Shown piece after piece: positions 23,840 through 33,144 of a stretch of 37,847 bases of DNA (position 1 is its first letter; the number at the start of each line of letters is the position of its first letter). The notes under the pieces are model-generated. The model was given only the letters and a program-made list of their open reading frames with translations. It searched no databases and was not told the DNA's origin. The stretch comes from Nemertoderma westbladi (Eukaryota; Animalia; Xenacoelomorpha). Made by a program: the position numbers and the translations under genes. The stretch covers positions 1-37,847 of the forward strand of contig JAUCBJ010002093.1 in NCBI GenBank assembly GCA_032718475.1, given 5' to 3'.

Positions 23840-24202
23840 TCGCTGTGTACCAGTCTACACCAACACTAACGTCTCACAGTTTACCAGTCTACACCAACAC
23901 TGATGTCTCGCTGTGTACCAGTCTACACCAACACTAACGTCTCGCAGTTTACCAGTTTACACCAACACTGATGTTTCGCTGTGTACCAGTCTACACCAAC
24001 ACTAACGTCTCGCAGTTTACCAGTCTACACCAACGCTGTGTACCAGTCTACACCAACACTAACGTCTCGCAGTTTACCAGTTTACACCAACACTGATGTC
24101 TCGCTGTGTACCAGTCTACACCAATACTAATGTCTCACAGTGTACCAGTCTACACCAACACTAACGTCTCGCATTGTACCACTCTGCACCAACACTAACG
24201 TC
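23840..24202. repeat. 34-bp minisatellite, right part (~10-11 copies)
   Basis: Tandem TCGCTGTGTACCAGTCTACACCAACACTAACGTC with alternating variants. Confidence 0.95.
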
Positions 24203-24942
24203 ACGGAGTTTTGGAAAATTGTAATTCCGTAACGTAATTCCGGAACGCAAATATCTCGACTTATATATTACATTGCCACAAAAGGAAAATAATTGTGTAT
24301 TGCCCATCGGTTAGAGGAAGAGAATTTAGAATTTGAATGTCACATGTTGAGTAGATTAAAAGCTATTGTAAAAATGTCATGTTTTTGTTACGGAATTACA
24401 AAATTTGCAATAGCGTTTTGTTATTTTTTCAAACGAAGTTAATTGCTTTCTATAAAACCAAAATTAATTTATTTAATTAAGTACAACCGAGGTTGAACCA
24501 TCACTTACACAGGCAATTAGACAGACTAAGATTTATGATATTTATAATGACTGTATTTTCGCCTTAATTGTAGGCAAAATTCGCACAGCGATTTTGAAAA
24601 TTGTAAAAAAATTTACAATAAATTTCAACTTGGAAGTAGGAGCTTTGGGAGCATAACGGAATTTGCTTACAATTTCTAATTTCAGATACTTAAGGATGTT
24701 ATGAGATCCAATCATTAAAAAGATTATCTGCGAAGGTTTTTTCTGAGCTCCTATGTCCGTTTATTCGTGAAATTCATGTACAGTAAATATTATTCTATTA
24801 AAATAAGGTTAAATACAAATATTATATTCTGTATGTAAATACCTAGTGAACAAATAATAAGTACATTTTATAAAACAATAAAAAAAACTACCAAAAAATA
24901 ATCTAGAGAATATATTTCTACTTCAGTCTGAAACACCGAAGA

Positions 24943-27900
24943 CTATTTACTTCTTCGTTTCATTGTTCTCATTCTCTTAACTAGCCGTGTTTGCGCGGAA
25001 TCTCCGGATTTAGGGCGTTTATGATTTGATTTATTCGGTAAACCTAATTGCCGTTGGATATCCCTGTCAATGCCAGTCTGCCAGTGGGGGGTCGGTACCT
25101 TGGCAATGGAAGGACTCTGTTCTAGATTGGGGATTCTATTACAAACGTGATTGATCCGAGTACTAGTGGAAGGGAGAAGAGCGCAGTCACAGCTCGCCTT
25201 GGCCGTCGCTGCAGACAAACACTCGGTTAATTTATCTCTAGATACCGGTACCGGTATGTTTTTAGAAGTTTGTAAGTTATTTACCTCGCTCTGTACGACA
25301 AACCTGCTGCACTGATTCAGCACTGGTTCCATCGAGTGTTTAATATCGAGCGCCCGTTTAATACCTGGTAGATTGGCGCACTGGGTGAATGTTTCGAGAG
25401 ATTGTTTGACCGCTGGGTAATACACCTGGGTTAACTCGCGGTAATATTCCGAAAGAGAACGTAAAACATCGGGGTTGTCAGGGACACCACCGAAGGAGCC
25501 AGGGTGGAGAGTCAACTCAATCGAGTAGTTTCTATTGTAGCCGTGGAGACGGTTGTTAGATGGGTCAAAGTCACCGGTGTCCGAAACATCGGCGAAGTCA
25601 CCGGTATCGGAGACATCAATGAAGTCGGAGTCAGAATTATCGGAGCTGTCGGTGTCTGTTAGATCTTTATCGGTGTATGTTGGTGCACAAAGCATGGCGG
25701 TGTCTGTTGCTTTTAGATCTTTGTCGGGGTATGTTGGTGCACAAATCATGGCGGTGTCTGTTGCTGTTAGATCTTTGTCCGTGTATGTTGGTGCACAAAG
25801 CACGGTGGTGTCTGTTGCTTTTAGATCTTTGTCGGTGTATGTTGGTGCTATAAACATGGCGGTGTCTATTGATGTTAGATCTTTGTCGGTGTATGTTGGT
25901 GCACAAAGCATGGTGGTGTCTGTTGCTTTTAGATCTTTGTCGGTGTATGTTGGTGCTATAAACATGGTGGTGTCTATTGATGTTAGATCTTTGTCGGTGT
26001 ATGTTGGTGCACAAAGCATGGCGGTGGCTGTTGCTTTTAGATCTTTGTCCGTGTATGTTGGTGCACAAAGCATGGCGGTGTCTGTTGCTTTTAGATCTTT
26101 GTCCGTGTATGTTGGTGCACAAAGCACGGTGGTGTCTGTTGCTTTTAGATCTTTGTCGGTGTATGTTGGTGCTATAAACATGGCGGTGTCTATTGATGTT
26201 AGATCTTTGTCGGTGTATGTTGGTGCACAAAGCATGGCGGTGTCTGTTGCTGTTAGATCTTTGTCGGTGTATGTTGGTGCACAAAGCATGGCGGTGTCTG
26301 TTGCTGTTAGATCTTTGTCGGTGTATGTTGGTGCACAAAGCATGGCGGTGTCTGTTGCTGTTAGATCTTTGTCGGTGTATGTTGGTGCACAAAGCATGGC
26401 GGTGTCTTTTGCTTTTAGATCTTTGTCGGTGTATGTTGGTGCACAAAGCATGGTGGTGTCTGTTGCTTTTAGATCTTTGTCGGGGTATGTTGGTGCACAA
26501 AGCATGTCGGTGTCTGTTGCTTTTAGATCTTTGTCGGTGTATGTTGGTGTTGGTGCACAAAGCACGGTGGTGTCTGTTGCTGTTAGATCTTTGTTGGTGT
26601 ATGTTGGTGCACAAAGCATGGCGGTGTCTGTTGCTGTTAGATCTTTGTCGGTGTCTGTTGCTTTTAGATCTTTGTTGGTGTATGTTGGTGCACAAAGCAT
26701 GGCAGTGTCCGTTGCTTTTAGATCTTTGTTGGTGTATGTTGGTGCAAAAAGCATGGCGGTGTCTGTTACTGTTAGATATTTGTTGGTGTATGTTGGTGCA
26801 CTAAGCGTGGCGGTGTATGTTGCTTTTAGATCTTTGTCGGTGTATGTTGGTGCACAAAGCATGGCGGTGTCTGCTGCTTTTCGATCTTTGTCGGTGTATG
26901 TTGGTGCACAAAGCATGGCGGTGTCTGCTGCTTTTTGATCTTTGTCGGTGTATGTTGGTGCACAAAGCATGGCGGTGTCTCTTGCTGTTAAATCTTTGTT
27001 GGTGTATGTTGGTGCTATAAGCGTGGCCGTGTCTGTTGCTGTTATATCTTTGTCGGTGTATGTTGGTGCTATAAGATTGGCTGTGTCTGTTGCTGTTGCT
27101 GTTAGATGTTTTATGGTGTCTGTTGATGTTATATGATTGGAGTAGTCTGCTTCTGTTAAATATTTGTCAGTGTCTGTACTATTAATGATAAGTATGCTGT
27201 GGTTATCGGCAGCTTTATCGCTTTCCCCGACTTCCATGGTCGGTTCTGAATCCATGGCCGGGAATATTGAATCCAAACTTGGTTGGATGAGACTCAAACA
27301 GTTTGTAATGGAAACCAGTAGCAGCGATAACCCCGGCATAATCTCATCCAGGCGCCCCGTAGCCCTGACTACCCGTTTTTCTGTAGCTCTCTTGAGTTTT
27401 TGCTCGGTTTCTACACGCGCCTGACGTTCTGCGATGTTCTCCCATCCGATATCGGAGAAATCCACGCCCTTAGCATTGCTGAGATAGTCCATAGCGACGG
27501 CGACTTTGGGATACCGGTTTGCGTAAATACCGTTCCAGTCCCGTAACGACTCCAAACATTTAACTTTAAGTAATCGGGCGAACTTTACGGGTGGAGGAAG
27601 TGGGTGTTTTACATTCAGTCCTGTCGTCATGTCGATAAATGTAGTTAATTTCGCAAAAACTTTACTGCGAAATTTGTCGAATAATCCAAACAAATGCAGA
27701 ACAACTAAAAAGGATAAATAACGAACGTGGCAGTTTCTGGAATGAATATAATTCTCAAGTTTAGAAAATATATAATTTAATAAACCCATATGTTCTCCAC
27801 ATAAATCAACAAGATTTTGGATTTCCGTCTGGTTTAACCGGTCGGCGTTAGAACGCGTCAGTTTCCTCAACAGTTTAGATACGTCCTGTCGCCTCACGTT

Positions 27901-27951
27901 GGTCCGTTGGTGGTTCAATTTCGTCGTTCTGTTGTGCCGCCGATACAGCAT
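24943..27951 (-). CDS. UVSSA: UV-stimulated scaffold protein A-like, single ORF of 1002 aa with large repeat insert
   Basis: N-terminal VHS-like domain (SKLLRKLT...HPLPPP...W...Y.K...YL...KGVDF), mid-region YPAV...KRALDIK and C-terminal PHWQ...RDI...DSAQTRL follow the remembered human UVSSA sequence. Confidence 0.88.
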   Translation of the reverse strand: MLYRRHNRTTKLNHQRTNVRRQDVSKLLRKLTRSNADRLNQTEIQNLVDLCGEHMGLLNYIFSKLENYIHSRNCHVRYLSFLVVLHLFGLFDKFRSKVFAKLTTFIDMTTGLNVKHPLPPPVKFARLLKVKCLESLRDWNGIYANRYPKVAVAMDYLSNAKGVDFSDIGWENIAERQARVETEQKLKRATEKRVVRATGRLDEIMPGLSLLLVSITNCLSLIQPSLDSIFPAMDSEPTMEVGESDKAADNHSILIINSTDTDKYLTEADYSNHITSTDTIKHLTATATDTANLIAPTYTDKDITATDTATLIAPTYTNKDLTARDTAMLCAPTYTDKDQKAADTAMLCAPTYTDKDRKAADTAMLCAPTYTDKDLKATYTATLSAPTYTNKYLTVTDTAMLFAPTYTNKDLKATDTAMLCAPTYTNKDLKATDTDKDLTATDTAMLCAPTYTNKDLTATDTTVLCAPTPTYTDKDLKATDTDMLCAPTYPDKDLKATDTTMLCAPTYTDKDLKAKDTAMLCAPTYTDKDLTATDTAMLCAPTYTDKDLTATDTAMLCAPTYTDKDLTATDTAMLCAPTYTDKDLTSIDTAMFIAPTYTDKDLKATDTTVLCAPTYTDKDLKATDTAMLCAPTYTDKDLKATATAMLCAPTYTDKDLTSIDTTMFIAPTYTDKDLKATDTTMLCAPTYTDKDLTSIDTAMFIAPTYTDKDLKATDTTVLCAPTYTDKDLTATDTAMICAPTYPDKDLKATDTAMLCAPTYTDKDLTDTDSSDNSDSDFIDVSDTGDFADVSDTGDFDPSNNRLHGYNRNYSIELTLHPGSFGGVPDNPDVLRSLSEYYRELTQVYYPAVKQSLETFTQCANLPGIKRALDIKHSMEPVLNQCSRFVVQSEVNNLQTSKNIPVPVSRDKLTECLSAATAKASCDCALLPSTSTRINHVCNRIPNLEQSPSIAKVPTPHWQTGIDRDIQRQLGLPNKSNHKRPKSGDSAQTRLVKRMRTMKRRSK
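25655..27110 (-). repeat. 54-bp coding minisatellite (TAMLCAPTYTDKDLKATD), ~26 copies
   Basis: Period 54 bp; all length variants preserve the UVSSA frame. Confidence 0.97.
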
Positions 27952-28291
27952 AATTTCGAGCTAACCTCCGCGCTGTAGCGGATATTTGTAAACGGCGCTG
28001 CGCCATCGTAGTAAATAAACACCAAAGTCGGTAGCGGATGACTAATAATAGTAATTGTTTAATGTAATCATTCTGTCATTTGTTTAAATTACATACGACG
28101 TAGAGGTCCAAGTACTGAACTACCGGTAACGATACTGAAAAATATAAATTATCTGATACATCAATTGACAATCACTCAATAGATTACAATCTAATATTTA
28201 AACAGTATAAAAACGTGTATGTTAGGACTACCGGTACCGTACTGGTTAACTTTTACAAATAAATTTGTAGTAAAATAAACACATTTCCGTA

Positions 28292-28725
28292 CACCATGTC
28301 CTGGAATATAGTGCCGTTATTCAGGTACCTGGAACCCAAGTTTCTACAAATCTTAATGAGATTGTATGAAATTTGAAACAGAGATAATTCCACCTCCTTC
28401 CTCCTCCGTGGGTGAGCCAGAATTTTTATTTTTGCTTTCAATCTTTAGCTACAAGCGTTTGAAAAGGGGTCTCCGGTGATATTTCACCAGTTGCACTGCA
28501 GTTATTCTTGAACCTTATCGTGATTTGTTGGTACCAATAGAAAGCTGACCGTGCAAGGATTCCAAAAACAGTATGTAAAAATATTCGAATTTGGTCCTGG
28601 GAAATAGCTGATGAGCGTTCGATAGTTGCATGTATTTGCTTCCTCTGCAGGTCATTTATTCTATTTAATAAATGTACCATATCCTGGAACATTTTAATGC
28701 AATGCTTCTTTAATAATACTATTAT
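28292..28725. mobile_element. Diverged single-arm relative of the 13074-13984 foldback
   Basis: TA|CACCATGTCCTGGAATATAGTG... and a shared interior (gggtgagccagaatttttatttttgctttcaatctttagctacaagcg). Confidence 0.88.
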
Positions 28726-28950
28726 GTATAGGGCCTGGAGCGGTTAACCGGTAAATTCAAATTAACAGGTTAGAAATTGATTAAAACCGGTTAACCGATC
28801 TACCCTTAAACCATCATTGTAGGGCCTAGGCCTATTGATTATATGCTGGTCCATACCACCCTTTAGCGCCCCCATGCCCCCAGTTAAAGTATTAAAATTA
28901 ATCTGGGTGCATCAAAGCAATAAACAAAAGTTAAAGATACAGTAGTTACA

Positions 28951-29883
28951 GGACAAGTTGTATCCAGACAACTTACTACAGTACACGCGGTCCCCGGTCC
29001 TCAAGTTAAGTAAATTACCTACTCTAGAGTACTTCTTGATACATTGATAATAAATACAGTAGGTTGTGGATTATTTAGTTTTATCAAGTGCTATTACTGT
29101 ATTATCACATCTATACAAAGATGAATATTAAAACATACAGTATTGATTGATTGATTGACAGACAAGAGTCAAGTTTTTTCACAAAATTATAAAAGAAACA
29201 TTTTTATGGTCAAATTTTGTTTGTTTTTCTTTTTATTGGGGGCTGCCGCCTCCAAACTCCATATTCTTTTGTTGGGGGATGCCCCCACCAAACCCCAGCA
29301 TTTCCCTGTGTGCCCGCGTGGTGAAAGACTTTAAGACCATTTTGAAATGATTAATTCAAGTTTGTATCATCAAATTCACTAAGCCTAAATTAGGGACTAC
29401 ATTGAATGTTAACCAAATTAATATACAAATTACTATAATATTATATAATTAAACAAAGTCTTATTAAAAATATTGCAAGAAGCCAGGAAATCAATAGTTT
29501 ATCAATATGTAATGCTGAACACAGAATACAGGTCGACGCATGTCGATTTTCCCCTGGAGAGGTATAATTTTGATTGCATCAATATTATTCAATATTCATC
29601 CCCATCTGCTACAATTTGAAAAAAACAATAAATAAGATGATAATACAGTACCTATAGTTAAAATAATTAATTATTATAATTCTATAGTAAAAAAAACGGA
29701 TGGGATGGAATTTATAGGTCATCTAATTAATTGTTTAAAGATTAGTAAACAATACAATGTAATTGCATTGATAAAATCCATAAATAAAACTTAGATACAA
29801 AATGTAAAATCGGGGATGCAAAAGATCACTTTATGAGCTAAGAAAGGAAAATTTGATACAACTTGTCTGGATACAAGCTGTCC
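28951..29883. mobile_element. Possible MITE bounded by ~24-bp inverted repeats
   Basis: ggacaagttgtatccagacaa at 28951 versus ttgtctggatacaagctgtcc ending at 29883. Confidence 0.5.
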
Positions 29884-29931
29884 GTTTACCTTACAAAATG
29901 AAAAATAAGAATGTGCGAAATTAAGAACGGT

Positions 29932-30026
29932 CGGGGGGGGGGGGAGTGTCCGAGGGAAGTGTCCTACTTGAACGGGGGGGAACTGTCCGGGGGTGAAGTG
30001 TCCGGGGGGGGGGGGGGGGGGGGGGA
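29932..30026 (+). repeat. G-rich tract of (G)n-TGTCC subunits, G-quadruplex-prone, likely transposon end
   Basis: Several long G runs separated by tgtcc motifs. Confidence 0.6.
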
Positions 30027-30363
30027 GCGTCCGCGCACCTATCCATACTGTACTTATTTTAGAAGTTTCTGAGATAAATAAATTCACTCTCAGATAAATT
30101 GATAGGTTTTTGCATTTTAATTTTTACTTTCCATTTCTATGGAAACTCTTTCCCATCGGGCGGATTGTTGATCTGCCACATCCCTCCATCAATTGTGGAA
30201 AATTCAGCTTTGCCGTATTTTTTCCGGGCTATAGGCTTTTTAACTTACTGCTACTGAACTGTATTTCTACGACTAATAGCGTAGAACTTAGCGTAATAAA
30301 GTGTAATAGCGTAGAACTACTGTTACTGTTACCCACATCGCTCAATGCCATTTTATTAAGTCG

Positions 30364-30377
30364 GTAACCATGGTAAC
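30364..30377. promoter_or_regulatory. Candidate RFX X-box GTAACCATGGTAAC
   Basis: Matches the X-box consensus GTHNYY-AT-RRNAAC, 1.1 kb upstream of the KATNAL2 ATG. Confidence 0.55.
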
Positions 30378-31471
30378 AAGGGAAGCTATCTGGTGCATGT
30401 GCAAGTACCGCTACTAACTGCACAACCGGCATACTGGTAAGAATAGGTGGAATATACTGATATTTGGTGTAAGTTGTTCGTATTGTATGGTCTGGTAACT
30501 GGTAAGTGGTAGGCCTACATGGGACAGTGGGATTGACTGAAGTTGATACGGTACTGTAGGCCCACTGCTGCACTGTAGTGTGGCGTACTACTGTACTACC
30601 GGTACTGTATTCTGCAACTTTATTACTATACCGGTACGCGCGGTACGGTCTATGCAATAATAAGAAATAAGGCAGTAATTATTGCTATATGGCCTTCCAA
30701 AATGTATTTGTGCGATGTGTGGTGTTGTGTATCGCAAAATTGCAAGATGATCTAATTTTGATTAGATAGGTGATGATGTTCCTGTGACTTTTAGTTACCG
30801 GTCCGTTCGTGCAATGTTTGACTATTGTCTTATTAGGTTACTCTTGGCTTGGAGTTAGGTTACATAGTATGCAATGAATAAGAGCTTTAAGGGCTTGTAA
30901 TAAATAGTTCAAGTACATTACACATTACCAGTAACTAACCTGGAATGTGCAGTTTTGTGTTATATAACGGTTAAGCACAGTTAATTTATAAATTCAAGTT
31001 ATGGACCTTCCCTAGATCTACTTCTGGGCCTATATACATGTAGTGATATAGAAACACAAATAACGAATCGCATAGTGTTGGCTGGTTGGCGCCCCTTCAA
31101 ATACAATTTGCAATTTGTAAGAAGAAGTCACAATTGCTTTAAACAATTATAAACACTTTTTTTGGTTAATGGCGGTGGCGGCACTGGCGGGGTACCTTTG
31201 GCGCTTTGGGACCACTTGTAAACATTTTGTTGCTTATTCTTGCTGCCTACATAAAAAGTTTGCTTTCTTGCTTTGAGCAGCGTCTTGTATGTTATTTAAT
31301 ACTGGTGTTAACTATTTAATTATTACCTGTGCGGCCCAATCAAACAGAACATTGATTAATTTTCGAAACTCGCGTAATCGAAGTCAATGTCGTTGTCTGC
31401 GGGAAAATATACGAGTTTCATGAAGATTTATGAAAATTCGTTCTAAAGGAAAACTCTAAAGGAAAACTCCA

Positions 31472-31653
31472 ATGGCAGGGGAGTTGTCTTACCAATCATT
31501 GCGATCAGCCAATCAGGCGAGAGAGGCCGACGAAGTGCGTGTTGAACACAGGAAGCGAGCGTGTCTGCTACTGATTCTGGAGTACCTCCAAGAGGAAGGC
31601 TACATTGAGTCTGCCAGTCGATTGGAAGCTGAAGCTGGACCAACCGTTACAAA
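31472..31653 (+). CDS. KATNAL2: Katanin p60 subunit A-like 2, first coding exon (LisH motif)
   Basis: ELSYQSL...QAREA.E.R.E.RK..LLLI..YL.EEGYI follows the KATNAL2 N-terminus; strong donor GTGAGT at 31654 (phase 2). Confidence 0.9.
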
Positions 31654-32189
31654 GTGAGTCCATTAAATAAAGAACAGGTGTGGGTTTGTGAGCATGTCGA
31701 TTATTATATCTTTAGTGTATTAGTAGTGTTGTTTTGTGTATCTTAGTGCATTTATTTAATTTTATCACTTCGGGAACTGAAATTACTTACTAGACTACAG
31801 AATATTACAATGTCCCGGGGCTCAGAATACTAAGGGGGCACTAAAAATATGACGATATGAAAGAAAGGTTAATTATAATAATTATATAAAAAATAACTTG
31901 AATAACGTATGGCATTATGAAATACAATAGCCCCATTTATTAATTGCTTGTTAACTAGAAGTCGCATCCAATTTTTAAATATATCAAAAGCTTCACGATA
32001 TATTAAGGTAACTGTTGTAAAAAAATTATACAATTCCACTGCAGGAAATTTCAGAATTTCCATTAATGTTAGCGAAGAATTTTCACATAATAAAATTGAT
32101 TTTAGGTGTAATTAATTTATTTGTTTTAGTTTAAAAACCACAAAAGTTTCTATTAGTTTGTATTATAACAAATACATTTTTTTGGGATA

Positions 32190-32625
32190 AGGTTTTCCGA
32201 TGGGCGAGGTTACGTCCACTCGTTTAGTAGAAAGGAATGTAAATACGTTCTCTGTAAGTATTGTAGCAAAATTGGTATTAAAAATGGTTAAATTATTAGA
32301 CAAATTTCCGTTGCTCTGGAAACTAAATTGGTAACTATGTAGAAGTGCATAGGCCTACTTCAGTCAATCGATAGTCATTAGAGTAAAGTTTGTCTGTACC
32401 AAATTTGGAGAAAATACCACCAATAGACCCTTTGTTGCTATGTAAAATCCATGTTGCTAAGGAAAGAAAACGGAAATTGAAGGTGATCCGCATAATATAT
32501 TTTTATAGACTTTTTTGGGGGTATTAACAAGGCAATGTAAAATAAAAAATAAATTGGTTTGGATGAATTGCGAATTTGTTATGGGTTGACCCCCTTTTTC
32601 GGCTAGATTGACTCGCCTATAACTC
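32190..32625. mobile_element. Possible Helentron-like repeat carrying X-box-like motifs
   Basis: gggcgag / ctcgcct near the ends, an accaaatttgg motif and three GTTGCT-NN-G(G/T)AAA motifs. Assignment by architecture only. Confidence 0.35.
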
Positions 32626-33144
32626 TACTGTACTTTTAACTGACATATGATGCGTTATGATATGCTTGATTTAGTGTGACGGCCTCACAAACATGGTAAT
32701 TAAATTGTGCTCTATAAAAAAAAGTAATGAGCAGATGACTATATTCTGTATACATTTACATTAATCTTAAGGAAAAGGAAATGTTAGGTTTAATAAAAAA
32801 AATGTTATCTCCTGAAGTACAGTTTCTATCTGTTGATAAATTGCTAATTTTACTGAACTGATTTTACTGTACCACAGTTACAGAGCAGATTATCTTCCCT
32901 TTCATTGGACGTGTGGACCACTGTATTATTTTAACCCAATACCTTTTTGCTGAAATTCAAATTATATAATGTTACTGACTAGACTGATTAATTATATATA
33001 AATAAACATTCTGTAACATAGCTATGTTCAATGTATTCCGTTTTAGTGTCGGTATATTAGTTCAGATGTCATTCAATTTGAAAATTTTATATATATAATG
33101 GATGGATACTTTTGAATATTGCCGACGTTATAAACTGAAACTAA

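Noticed and set aside
23840-24202. Resemblance of the 34-bp unit to the UVSSA 54-bp unit (17 of 22 bases)
   Set aside because: Short, AC-rich, on opposite strands and of different period; probably chance.
25553-27136. Antisense and alternative-frame ORFs over the UVSSA repeat
   Set aside because: Shadows of the 54-bp repeat; only the UVSSA frame connects to conserved domains.
30229-30657. 142-aa minus-strand ORF
   Set aside because: Low-complexity translation of TA-x-TA motifs with no protein features.
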